In this document: piece after piece, positions 9,032 to 18,236 of the stretch | Layout of the letters: each line of letters opens with the position of its first letter | Numbering within the stretch: the first letter of the stretch is position 1 | From: an uncultured Clostridia bacterium | Lineage (GTDB): Bacteria > Bacillota > Clostridia > Christensenellales > UBA3700 | DNA: 64,000 nucleotides | Assembly: GCA_947174325.1 (NCBI GenBank) | Contig: CAMWIL010000002.1 | Span: forward strand, 4,485 to 68,484 | Reading direction: 5' to 3' | Made by a program: the position numbers and the translations under genes | The notes under the pieces: generated by a model | The model's database searches: none | Told to the model about the DNA's origin: nothing | What the model saw: the letters and a program-made list of their open reading frames with translations, nothing else

Positions 9032-9823
9032 CTACTTCTTCGCATCGTTCTTTACGTCGTCCAACTTATTGTAATTCGCTAAGTCGTCGTAAGAATTCGT
9101 TGCGATACCTACGTTGAGAAATCTTGAAATATCATACGCTCTCCAAGGCACTTCGTCCTTTGGCGGATGTACTATAAACGTCATTTTCTCTTTTGTAGTA
9201 GGATGCGTAAATCTTATTTGAGTTGCCCAAAGTCCAAGATTGTGCTTAAACGTAGCCGGATTTGCCCCGTACTTACTGTCTCCGAAAAGCGGAAGACCTT
9301 GCGACGCCATTTGAACTCTGATTTGATGCGAACGTCCCGTCTGCAAATCTATTTTGAAAAGACTGAACCCGTTGACTTCCTGAATAAAAGAATAATCAAG
9401 TTCGGCAAGTTTTGCGCCGTCTGTTGCTTGCGGAACGATCTGCACGAGATTTTTCGCTTGGTTCTTTTTAAGATAGTGTTTCAAATGCGCGTTTCGCTCC
9501 TTAGGCACGCCGCATGATACGCATAGATACTGCTTTTCAAATTCGTGATTTTTGATTTGTTCGCTCAATCTCGCAGCCGACTTGGACGTACGCGCGAATA
9601 CCATTACTCCGCCCGTAGGTCTGTCAAGTCTATGTACCAAGCCTACGTACGCTTCGCCCTCTTTATTGTACTTGTCTACCACGTACTCTTTGACCAACGT
9701 AAGCATATCCTTGTCGTTGGAAGAATCTGACTGCGAAGGTATATTGCAAGGCTTGACAACTACGATAACGTGATTGTCTTCGTAAATTACCGCTAAATCT
9801 TTGTATGTAAATTCCTGTGCCAT
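9032..9823 (-). CDS. RluA-family pseudouridine synthase
   Basis: HRLDRPTGGVMVFARTSKSAARL catalytic-Asp motif. ATG 9823 (MAQEFTYKDLAVIYED...) fits the family N-terminus. The tracked TTG 9901 extension overlaps the upstream gene by 40 nt. Confidence 0.85.
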   Translation of the reverse strand: MAQEFTYKDLAVIYEDNHVIVVVKPCNIPSQSDSSNDKDMLTLVKEYVVDKYNKEGEAYVGLVHRLDRPTGGVMVFARTSKSAARLSEQIKNHEFEKQYLCVSCGVPKERNAHLKHYLKKNQAKNLVQIVPQATDGAKLAELDYSFIQEVNGFSLFKIDLQTGRSHQIRVQMASQGLPLFGDSKYGANPATFKHNLGLWATQIRFTHPTTKEKMTFIVHPPKDEVPWRAYDISRFLNVGIATNSYDDLANYNKLDDVKNDAKK

Positions 9824-9861
9824 AGTTTTCTCTTTTGACGAGGCAACGGCCCCGCACGCCT

Positions 9862-10749
9862 TTATTTCTTCTTTGTTGAGTTTGTTTTTCCGCCTTTCCA
9901 AAGTCCGCTACACCCGCACGGCAGTATTATTCCCTCGTCCGTAGGCAATCCTACTTCGTACGCTTCGCTCGATCCCTTAAAATCGGCTAGACAAAGTCTT
10001 AATATGTTGTCTATTACTTGCGGTTGAAGCCCCGTAGTATACGAATTGATAAGAAAGAACAACGGATCGTCCGACAATACCTTCGTACACTCTTTGACAA
10101 GGTCGAAAATACAGTCTTCAAGTTTCCATACTTCCCCGTTTGCGCCTCTTCCATAAGACGGCGGATCCATAATTATCGCGTCATACTTATTGCCGCGGCG
10201 AATCTCTCTTGCAATAAACTTCTGACAGTCGTCTACTATATATCTGACTGCGTCATGCTCAATACCGCTTAGCGTTGCGTTTGTCTTGGCTCTATCTACC
10301 ATTGCTTTTGCCGCGTCAACGTGTGTTACGAAAGCGCCGGCCTTTGCGCAAGCGACAGTCGCGCCTCCCGTATATGCAAACAGATTGAGGACTTTTATCT
10401 TTCTACCGCTAGAGCGTATCAACTCTTGCATAATATCCCAGTTGACTGCCTGCTCCGGAAAAAGTCCGGTGTGCTTGAATCCCATGAGTTTGAGCGAGAA
10501 AGTAAGCCCCTTTCTCTCAACGGTAAAGTTTTCGGGAACGTTGCCTTTATACTCCCATCTTCCGCCGCCTTGATTTGAGCGAATATACTTAGCATTTATT
10601 GACTTATCCTTATCCAAAGGACGCAAGCTTTTCCAAATTATCTGCGGATCGGGTCGGAGCAAAACGAGTTTGCCCCAACGTTCCAATTTCTGACCGTCGC
10701 CCGTTGCTATTATCTGATAGTCTTTCCACTCGCGCGCTACTTTTATCAT
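9862..10749 (-). CDS. Class I SAM-dependent methyltransferase (RlmI/YwbD-like rRNA methyltransferase core)
   Basis: SAM-binding LNLFAYTGGATVACAKAG and IMDPPSYGRG motifs. Substrate not assignable from sequence alone. Confidence 0.7.
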   Translation of the reverse strand: MIKVAREWKDYQIIATGDGQKLERWGKLVLLRPDPQIIWKSLRPLDKDKSINAKYIRSNQGGGRWEYKGNVPENFTVERKGLTFSLKLMGFKHTGLFPEQAVNWDIMQELIRSSGRKIKVLNLFAYTGGATVACAKAGAFVTHVDAAKAMVDRAKTNATLSGIEHDAVRYIVDDCQKFIAREIRRGNKYDAIIMDPPSYGRGANGEVWKLEDCIFDLVKECTKVLSDDPLFFLINSYTTGLQPQVIDNILRLCLADFKGSSEAYEVGLPTDEGIILPCGCSGLWKGGKTNSTKKK

Positions 10750-10754
10750 TATTC

Positions 10755-13700
10755 TTAAATCTTCGCTACCGTTACGACGATAGTCTCGCCGTTGATATCA
10801 AGTTCCTTTTTATATCCGTCGATCGCGCCTTCGAAGAGTTGATCGCACAAAACTCCTTCGCAAATACTCTTATCATCTTTAAGCACTTGCGCGCACTTGC
10901 CTTTGCCCTCGAACGCGACTTTGATATGATCCACAACTTCAAAGCCCGCTTCCTTACGCATAGTCTGTATTTTTGACGTAAGCTCTCTTGCGATACCGGC
11001 ATTGATAAGCTCTTCGGTAAGATTGGTATCTATAACGACCGTCATTGTGTTGTCGTTTTCAAGCGCGTAACCGCTTTTGTTGACAGGCGTTATAAGCAAG
11101 TCTTCCAAGCTCAATTCCACTTGTCCTCCGTCAACGTCAAACTTGTATACTCCTCCGCCGTTGACGCAATCGACGATCTCGCTCGCGTTGTCGCAAGTAG
11201 CAAGGTACTGTCTTATCGCGCCCAACTGTTTGCCGTATTTAGGTCCAAGCGTTTTGAGTTGAGGTTTTAGTTCGTAAGTCATAAACTTGGACTTATCTGC
11301 AACTATCTCGCAGTTGTTGACGTTTATCTCGTCGGCAACAAGGCTCAAAATATTCTTATCGTTGACTTTCTTGTCAGTCAAAATATAGAGATTACCGAGC
11401 GGTTGTCTGTTCTTGATATTAGCCTTATTTCTTGCCGATCTGCCAAGCACTACCGCTTGCAATACGAAGTCCATATCAGCCTCCAACTTCTTGTCTACCA
11501 TAGACATATCAGCCGTCGGGAACTCGCAAAGGTGTACGCTCTCAGGCGCGTCTTTGAAGAAATTGACTACCAAGTTTTGATATATGCTCTCCGACATAAA
11601 CGGAGTGTAAGGCGCAGTGATCTTTGCAAGCGTAACGAGCACCGTATACAGCGTCGTATACGCCGCGATCTTGTCGTCGTTCATATCGCTTGCCCAATAC
11701 CTCTCTCTTCCTCGACGAACGTACCAGTTGGAGAGTATATCCGCAAAGTCCTGAATAGCTCTTGCGCTCTCTGTGATCTTGTAAGCGTCCAAGCACTTAT
11801 CTACGTAATCAACCAGCGTATTCAAGTTGGAAAGTATCCACTTGTCCATATGAGAAAGTTTGCAATTTTTAAGCTCGTATTTGCTTGGATCGTACTTATC
11901 TATATTAGCGTACAGCACGAAGAAGGAATAGGTATTCCATAGCGTACCCATATACTTTCTTTGACACTCGGATACGTTGTCAGCCGAAAATCTTGACGGC
12001 AACCAAGGCGCGGACGAAGAATAGAAATACCATCTTACGGCGTCTGCTCCCTGCACGTCGAGCACCGACCACGGATCGACTACGTTGCCCTTATGCTTGG
12101 ACATCTTGATACCGTTTTTATCATTGACGTGACCTAGTACGATACAGTTCTTGAACGGCGCTTTGTCAAACAAAAGCGTGGATATTGCCAAAAGCGTATA
12201 GAACCAACCTCGCGTTTGATCGACCGCTTCGCTTATAAAGTTTGCAGGAAACTGTTCTTCAAATATTTCTTTATTCTCAAACGGATAATGAAGCTGCGCG
12301 AACGGCATACTACCGCTATCGAACCAGCAGTCCATAACTTCCGGCGTACGCTTCATCTCTCCGCCGCATTCGCATTTGAACGTAACTTTGTCAATATAAG
12401 GTTTATGAAGTTCTATATCCTCTTTCAAACCGCCAAGCGATTTGAGTTCCGCCTTACTGCCTACGACTTTTATCTTACCGCAATCTTGACATACCCAAAT
12501 TGGAAGAGGCGTACCCCAATATCTTTCGCGTGATATTCCCCAGTCGATGACGTTTTCAAGGAAGTTGCCCATACGTCCCGTGCCGATCGTTGGCGGCATC
12601 CAGTTGACGGTTGCGTTGTTTTTGAGAAGTTTGTCCCTCACTTCCGTCATTTTGATAAACCAACTTGATCTTGCGTAATACAAAAGCGGAGTGTCGCATC
12701 TCCAACAGAACGGATAACTGTGCTCAAACAAAAGCTCTTTGAACAAAAGTCCTCTTTCCGCCAAATCTTTGATTATCAATTTGTCGCCGTCTTTTACGAA
12801 TACGCCTTGCAAGTCTCCCATTGCAGCAATAAATCTGCCTCTATCGTCTACCATTTGCACAAAAGGAAGATCGTATTTTCTGCCGACTTTGGAGTCGTCT
12901 TCACCGAAAGCGGGAGCTATATGTACTATACCCGTACCGTCCGTCAACGTAACGTAAGAGTCGTTGGTAACGTAATAAGATTTCTTCTTCGTATCGTTTG
13001 TATCATAAAGCGGTAAATACTCTTCGTATTCGTATTCTTTACCCAGCTTTAAGCTAAGCACTTCGTATTCCTCGAAAAGCGACGGCGCAAGCGCTTCGGC
13101 AAGAACGAAAATCTCATCGCCGACTTTGATCTCGACGTAATTTTCCTCTCCGTTCATACAAAGAGCTACGTTTGACGGCAGCGTCCAAGGCGTAGTCGTC
13201 CAAGCAAGGAAGTAACCTTCGTTGTTCTTTCTCTTGAATTTGACGAATACGGATTTTTCTTTGACATCTTTATATCCCTGCGCTACTTCGTGAGAAGAAA
13301 GAGCCGTTCCGCATCTCGGGCAGTACGGTACTATCTTGTGACCTTTGTAGATCAATCCCTTGTCTGCGATCGTCTTTACCGCCCACCATACGGATTCGAT
13401 ATAGTTGTCGTCATAAGTGATATAAGGGTTGTCCATATCCACCCAATATCCCACTCTGTCGGACATTCTCTCCCATTCGCCTTTATATTTCCATACGCTT
13501 TCTTTGCATTTCTTGATAAAAGGCTCGATGCCGTACTTCTCTATTTCAGGCTTGCCGTCTATACCCAAAAGTTTCTCGACTTCGAGTTCTACGGGCAGAC
13601 CGTGAGTATCCCAACCGGCTTTTCTCGCGACGTAATACCCTTTCATGGTCTTGTATCTTGGAATAATGTCTTTCATAACTCTGGTCAAGATATGACCGAT

Positions 13701-13865
13701 ATGCGGCTTGCCGTTTGCCGTCGGCGGACCGTCATAGAAAGAAAAAGACTCTTTCCCCTTATTCTTTTCTACGCTCTTTTCAAAAATTCTGTTTTGTTTC
13801 CAGAATGCGATGACGTCTTTTTCTCTCTCGCAAAAGTTCATTCCGGAATCGACCTTTTTGTACAT
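10755..13865 (-). CDS. ileS: Isoleucine--tRNA ligase, type 2 (eukaryote-like form)
   Basis: 1036 aa. FSFYDGPPTANGKPHIGH (HIGH), KMSKHKGN (KMSKS) and an editing domain. AGGAGG SD upstream of ATG 13865. Confidence 0.97.
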   Translation of the reverse strand: MYKKVDSGMNFCEREKDVIAFWKQNRIFEKSVEKNKGKESFSFYDGPPTANGKPHIGHILTRVMKDIIPRYKTMKGYYVARKAGWDTHGLPVELEVEKLLGIDGKPEIEKYGIEPFIKKCKESVWKYKGEWERMSDRVGYWVDMDNPYITYDDNYIESVWWAVKTIADKGLIYKGHKIVPYCPRCGTALSSHEVAQGYKDVKEKSVFVKFKRKNNEGYFLAWTTTPWTLPSNVALCMNGEENYVEIKVGDEIFVLAEALAPSLFEEYEVLSLKLGKEYEYEEYLPLYDTNDTKKKSYYVTNDSYVTLTDGTGIVHIAPAFGEDDSKVGRKYDLPFVQMVDDRGRFIAAMGDLQGVFVKDGDKLIIKDLAERGLLFKELLFEHSYPFCWRCDTPLLYYARSSWFIKMTEVRDKLLKNNATVNWMPPTIGTGRMGNFLENVIDWGISRERYWGTPLPIWVCQDCGKIKVVGSKAELKSLGGLKEDIELHKPYIDKVTFKCECGGEMKRTPEVMDCWFDSGSMPFAQLHYPFENKEIFEEQFPANFISEAVDQTRGWFYTLLAISTLLFDKAPFKNCIVLGHVNDKNGIKMSKHKGNVVDPWSVLDVQGADAVRWYFYSSSAPWLPSRFSADNVSECQRKYMGTLWNTYSFFVLYANIDKYDPSKYELKNCKLSHMDKWILSNLNTLVDYVDKCLDAYKITESARAIQDFADILSNWYVRRGRERYWASDMNDDKIAAYTTLYTVLVTLAKITAPYTPFMSESIYQNLVVNFFKDAPESVHLCEFPTADMSMVDKKLEADMDFVLQAVVLGRSARNKANIKNRQPLGNLYILTDKKVNDKNILSLVADEINVNNCEIVADKSKFMTYELKPQLKTLGPKYGKQLGAIRQYLATCDNASEIVDCVNGGGVYKFDVDGGQVELSLEDLLITPVNKSGYALENDNTMTVVIDTNLTEELINAGIARELTSKIQTMRKEAGFEVVDHIKVAFEGKGKCAQVLKDDKSICEGVLCDQLFEGAIDGYKKELDINGETIVVTVAKI

Positions 13866-13906
13866 TTCTGCCTCCTGATAATTTATACGTTTAAAAAATT
13901 TCTAGA

Positions 13907-15217
13907 TTATTCTTCTTCGCTCTCTGATTCTTCGTTGATGACGACTTCCGCCTTTTCCACTACGGTGTTGTCCATCTTCTTTACGGTAATAGCTAGTTTT
14001 TCAAAGTTGACTATATCCCCAACCTGCGGCATTCTGCCGAGAGCAAATGCGATATATCCGCTGAGTGTGACCGTATCGAATTCTTCGTTTTTCTCATTGA
14101 CGTGGAAATATTCGAAAAATTCTTCAAGATTCGTTTCTCCGAGAACCAAATATTTGTCGTCGGTCAATTTGACTATAGGCTCTACTATTTCGTCTCTTTC
14201 GTCGTAAATCTCGCCTACAAGTTGTTCCAATATATCTTCCAACGTAACTATTCCCATAGTTCCGCCGAATTCGTCGGCTACTATGGCAAGGTGCATCTTG
14301 GCTATTTGAAGTTTTCTCAGCACGTCGCTGATCTTCATGGTATCAGGAACGTAAATAACGTTTTTAGCGACTAAACGCGAGAATTTGCTCTCCCCGTCGA
14401 TATACGCTTCATAAAAGTCTTTGAGATTGAGCACTCCGACTATCGTATCGACGTTATCTTTATAGACCGGCAATCTCGTATAACCGCTCTCTCTGAATAC
14501 TTTCATTACGTCGGACATTGAATCGCCTATCTCTATCGCCTCGACGTCTACTCTGGGGGTAAATACGTCTTTGACCGTCATATTGTCAAACTCTATTGCC
14601 GAACGAATGAGATCGCCCTCGTATTCGTCGAGTCCGCCTTCGGTCTGCGCCTCGTCGACGTAAGTGATAAGTTCTTCATCTGTGATATTTTCGTTACCTT
14701 TCTTTTTGAATACCTTTGATATGAGCTTTTGCAAAAGTCCCATCAACCATACCAGCGGATAAAGTATATAATAAAGCGCCAATACCAACGGCGCGGTCAG
14801 TCTTGCGAAATACTCGGGACTGCGTTTTGCCATAGTCTTTGGCATCACTTCTCCAAATATTAACACTACGATAGTGATAACTGCGGTGGACACGACGCCG
14901 GCAACGTCTTGATTGCTTATCAAAGCCGTAAACATTATTGTAGCAAGCGTAGTAGCGGTGATATTGACGATATTGTTTCCTATCAATATCGTTGAGATAA
15001 GTCCGTCAAAATGTTCGCTTAGAAAATAAACCTTAGAGTATTTTTTCTTGTCTGTGGAAACGAGGTTTTTAAGTCTTATTCTGTTGAGAGAGGAAAAAGC
15101 CGTCTCCGTGGAAGAAAAGTACCCCGATAAAAAAATTAGTATTACGATTGCGATGATATAACCCGACAATCGCGACGCTCCCAAGTCAGACGCAGCAGAC
15201 AGTAATGGAACAACCAT
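13907..15217 (-). CDS. CNNM / HlyC-CorC family transporter (DUF21 - CBS pair - CorC_HlyC)
   Basis: N-terminal TM DUF21 region, a CBS pair (VPDTMKISDVLRKL..., IVADEFGGTMGIVTLEDILE) and a C-terminal transporter-associated domain. Confidence 0.85.
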   Translation of the reverse strand: MVVPLLSAASDLGASRLSGYIIAIVILIFLSGYFSSTETAFSSLNRIRLKNLVSTDKKKYSKVYFLSEHFDGLISTILIGNNIVNITATTLATIMFTALISNQDVAGVVSTAVITIVVLIFGEVMPKTMAKRSPEYFARLTAPLVLALYYILYPLVWLMGLLQKLISKVFKKKGNENITDEELITYVDEAQTEGGLDEYEGDLIRSAIEFDNMTVKDVFTPRVDVEAIEIGDSMSDVMKVFRESGYTRLPVYKDNVDTIVGVLNLKDFYEAYIDGESKFSRLVAKNVIYVPDTMKISDVLRKLQIAKMHLAIVADEFGGTMGIVTLEDILEQLVGEIYDERDEIVEPIVKLTDDKYLVLGETNLEEFFEYFHVNEKNEEFDTVTLSGYIAFALGRMPQVGDIVNFEKLAITVKKMDNTVVEKAEVVINEESESEEE

Positions 15218-15258
15218 AGTTTGATCAAATCTCCTTAAATATAAATAAAATATAATTT

Positions 15259-15287
15259 ATTATAATACACTTACGCTATTTTGTAAA
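15259..15287 (-). promoter_or_regulatory. Putative sigma-A promoter of the CNNM-ileS transcription unit
   Basis: Minus strand TTTACA (15287-15282), 17 nt, TATAAT (15264-15259). Confidence 0.55.
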
Positions 15288-15360
15288 GTGATATAAGTAA
15301 TCTTATTGCCATATTACGATAAAAATACTCAAATTTTAGGCAAATTTTGCCTACTACGGT

Positions 15361-15397
15361 AAAAAAACGAAAAATAAGGGACTGATGACAGTCCCTT
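15361..15397 (-). terminator. Intrinsic terminator downstream of the DUF3343 gene
   Basis: AAGGGACTG(15376-15384)-ATGA-CAGTCCCTT(15389-15397). On the minus strand it is followed by ATTTTTCGTTTTTTT. Confidence 0.8.
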
Positions 15398-15417
15398 TTG
15401 TATAGATGATTTATGCG

Positions 15418-15678
15418 CTAACGGATCAGCCTATATCCTATGCCTCCCTGCTCTGCGTATACCGCGTATACGGTATATTGAACCTTGGTCGGAGAAGATT
15501 TCATCAGGTTTGACAGCGTAAGCGGCGATATGTTGTTGATTTTCAACGCAATTCCGCAAGAATGCGTGATACTTCGCGGCGCGTTTATGATAGCGCAAGA
15601 AACGCCTCGGCTACCTAAGTAACTTCGCATTGTCAAAGCGTCGTTGCGGGAGCGAAAAACTATTACAAGATAATTCAT
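15418..15678 (-). CDS. DUF3343 / putative Se-S carrier-like small protein
   Basis: 86 aa, VIVFRSRNDALTMRSYLGSRGVSCAIINAPRSITHSCGIAL pattern. AAGGAG SD. Divergent from a cysteine desulfurase gene. Confidence 0.6.
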   Translation of the reverse strand: MNYLVIVFRSRNDALTMRSYLGSRGVSCAIINAPRSITHSCGIALKINNISPLTLSNLMKSSPTKVQYTVYAVYAEQGGIGYRLIR

Positions 15679-15754
15679 GACTTTCTCCTTGGTATTTATG
15701 TACCTCGCTCCTAATACAATATATTAGAAAAACATATAAACTGTGAGGGAAAAA

Positions 15755-16885
15755 ATGATATATTTAGACAATGCCGCAACTTCAAGATTCAAACCGCGTA
15801 GAATGTTTGACGAGATATTCAAACAACTCTCCTACTCTTCCAATCCGGGACGCGGCGGACACAATGATTCGATCGATACCGCAATAAAAATTTATGACGT
15901 GCGTCAATCGCTAAAATCACTGCTTTCATGCGACGACAGATACGAACTGATCTTTACGCAAAACTGTACCGAAGCTTGCAATCTTGCAATAATAGGTTAT
16001 TTGCTGAACTTTAAAAATCAACACGTAAACGTTATTTTTACGTCAAACGAGCACAATTCGGTTGCGCGTCCGCTATATTATCTCAAAGAAGTTCTCGACG
16101 TAGATCTTATCGAGATCACACCTGATGAAAACGGAGCGATATCCCCCGTTGCGGTAGCCAACGCAATTACCGACGATACAAAACTCATTTGCGTCAACCA
16201 TATCTCCAACGTTACCGGCAACGCTACCGACATTTTCCAAATAGGCAGAACGGCGAAAAAACACGGGATACCTTTTTTTGTCGACGGAGCGCAGTCGCTC
16301 GGTCACGTCGCGATGCACGTTCCCGACAACAACATTGATTTTTTAGCCGCAGCCGGTCATAAAGGGCTGCACGGCGCGCAAGGCACTGGTTTTTTGGTCT
16401 ACAATACAGAACTCAAAATATTCCCAATACGCTTTGGCGGAACGGGTACTCACAGCGAAAGCCTTTCCCAGCCTACCGTACCTCCCGAAGCTTACGAATC
16501 CGGCACGCTCAACAGCGCGGGCATTATCGGTTTGGGCGCAAGCGCGGAATGGACGTATCAAAATCTTGCCAAGATAAGTCTCAATACTCGATATTTGACA
16601 AGCGAACTGCTGTACGGATTAAAACAAATCAAAAACGTAAAACTCTACTCCTCTCAAAATACGGGCGTAGTGTCGTTTAATTTCAAAGATTACTCATCCA
16701 CCGATATCGGCGATTATCTTAATGAAAAAGATATCGCCGTCAGATGCGGTCTGCACTGCGCACCGCTGATACATACGAGACTGGGAACGTTGGAAAGCGG
16801 TACGGTACGCGTAAGCGTGGGATATAACAACTCTATCGGCGATATCCATACTTTATTGAGATGCGTCGATATGCTAAACAAATAA
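15755..16885 (+). CDS. Cysteine desulfurase family protein (class V aminotransferase fold, PLP-dependent)
   Basis: IYLDNAATS N-terminus, FLAAAGHKGLHG (PLP lysine motif), RCGLHCAP near the C-terminus. ATG 15755 follows GAGGG; tracked GTG 15743 is less likely. Confidence 0.85.
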   Translation: MIYLDNAATSRFKPRRMFDEIFKQLSYSSNPGRGGHNDSIDTAIKIYDVRQSLKSLLSCDDRYELIFTQNCTEACNLAIIGYLLNFKNQHVNVIFTSNEHNSVARPLYYLKEVLDVDLIEITPDENGAISPVAVANAITDDTKLICVNHISNVTGNATDIFQIGRTAKKHGIPFFVDGAQSLGHVAMHVPDNNIDFLAAAGHKGLHGAQGTGFLVYNTELKIFPIRFGGTGTHSESLSQPTVPPEAYESGTLNSAGIIGLGASAEWTYQNLAKISLNTRYLTSELLYGLKQIKNVKLYSSQNTGVVSFNFKDYSSTDIGDYLNEKDIAVRCGLHCAPLIHTRLGTLESGTVRVSVGYNNSIGDIHTLLRCVDMLNK

Positions 16886-16942
16886 AACAAGTTGCGGTAA
16901 CTGCAATTAAAATTATGACATATTATAGTATGAGGTGAATTT

Positions 16943-17146
16943 ATGGACATGGACTTTGCAAAGATCATGCAAATGATGAACGCGGGAGGAGGCGGAGGCA
17001 ATAAAGATATGTCAATGCTTATGCAGTTGCTTCCCCAACTTATGAACAACAGCAATCAAAACAAACAGTCTGCTCCCGCTCAAATCAATCTAAATCCCGA
17101 TGAGATAAATAAGACAATAAACAAACTCTACAACGATAACGAATAA
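16943..17146 (+). CDS. Hypothetical small Met/Asn/Gln/Gly-rich protein
   Basis: 67-aa ORF with GAGGTG SD 5 nt upstream, tightly followed by the next ORF. No family recognised. Confidence 0.45.
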   Translation: MDMDFAKIMQMMNAGGGGGNKDMSMLMQLLPQLMNNSNQNKQSAPAQINLNPDEINKTINKLYNDNE

Positions 17147-17156
17147 AAGGAAAATT

Positions 17157-17483
17157 ATGAAAAAAAACAATTTCAGACCGTCGTCAAACAATTTAAATAA
17201 CAATATTTTTAATAAAAATACAGATTTCAACGCCTTTGGCAATATGCCAATAGACGACAACGCCTCACAGCAGGGATCGCTGGAAGAAGAATTAAATAAA
17301 TACTCGCATATGTCCGAAGAAAGGTTGATGCAAGAGATGTTTACGCTTGTAGACAACGGAAGAAAAAACGGTACGCTTGACAATGAAAAACTTGAAGCGT
17401 TTTTCAATTCGGCAAGCTGTATGCTCAACAACGAGCAGATAACAAAATTAAGATATTTGGTAGATATGGCAAAAAACAGTTGA
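17157..17483 (+). CDS. Hypothetical Asn-rich protein
   Basis: 108-aa ORF, 10 nt after the previous stop, AAAGGAAAA upstream. Low-complexity N-terminus and a helical C-terminal half. No family recognised. Confidence 0.5.
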   Translation: MKKNNFRPSSNNLNNNIFNKNTDFNAFGNMPIDDNASQQGSLEEELNKYSHMSEERLMQEMFTLVDNGRKNGTLDNEKLEAFFNSASCMLNNEQITKLRYLVDMAKNS

Positions 17484-17501
17484 TAAATTAGCCATTGTAT
17501 T

Positions 17502-18236
17502 TTACTTCTTTACGTCGGTAAGCAAGCGATATATATTTTGTCTTGTAGTATTGAGTTGATCGGAATATATATCGCGGTCTTCGCGCGGTTGGCTAACGTC
17601 CTCTTTACCGACGATTTTTACTCCCGCGCCGTCAACTCTGTCCAAGACGTATACGCTATCCGCCATCAACAACGCCTCTTCTATATCATGAGTAACAAAT
17701 ACGACCGTCTTTCCTTTAATGAGCGGCGTTAACGTTTCCAAAATCTGTCTTTTCAATTTTATATCTAGTCCCTTAAACGGCTCGTCCATCAACAAAATAT
17801 CGCTCTCAAATACCAACGCTCTTGCCAAAGACGCTCGACTCGCCTGCCCTCCGCTGATATAACGAGGATAAGAACCCGCGCAGTCAGATAATTGCATTTT
17901 CTCAATAAATTCTTTTACCCTCGTCCGTCTTTGTTCCTTGGGCATACTGCTAGGCAAGACGTATTCTATGTTTTTCTCTACCGTCATAGAAGGAATGAGT
18001 CTAGGTTGCTGAAAAACGTATGAGATGCTTTTTTGCTTAATATCATTTTGACCGTTTTGTCCATATAAAATTTGACCTTCAAAATCAAGTTGACCGCTGA
18101 TACAGTTAAGCAACGTAGTCTTTCCTCCGCCTGAAGATCCCATTATGCACGTTACTTTGCCGTTTGGCGCATCCAAGTAGAAATCTTTGAAAATCACCTT
18201 TTCTCCGTATGAGAAGGACAATCCGTTTACCTTCAT
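17502..18236 (-). CDS. ABC transporter ATP-binding protein (NitT/TauT-type)
   Basis: Walker A GSSGGGKTT, signature ISGGQASRASLARAL, Walker B ILLMDEPF, H-loop VTHD. Confidence 0.9.
   Translation of the reverse strand: MKVNGLSFSYGEKVIFKDFYLDAPNGKVTCIMGSSGGGKTTLLNCISGQLDFEGQILYGQNGQNDIKQKSISYVFQQPRLIPSMTVEKNIEYVLPSSMPKEQRRTRVKEFIEKMQLSDCAGSYPRYISGGQASRASLARALVFESDILLMDEPFKGLDIKLKRQILETLTPLIKGKTVVFVTHDIEEALLMADSVYVLDRVDGAGVKIVGKEDVSQPREDRDIYSDQLNTTRQNIYRLLTDVKK

Noticed and set aside
9824-9901. The longer form of the RluA-family gene, starting at TTG 9901 (MERRKNKLNKEE...).
   Set aside because: It would overlap the upstream methyltransferase gene by 40 nt and adds a non-conserved basic tail. 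ATG 9823 gives the family-typical N-terminus.
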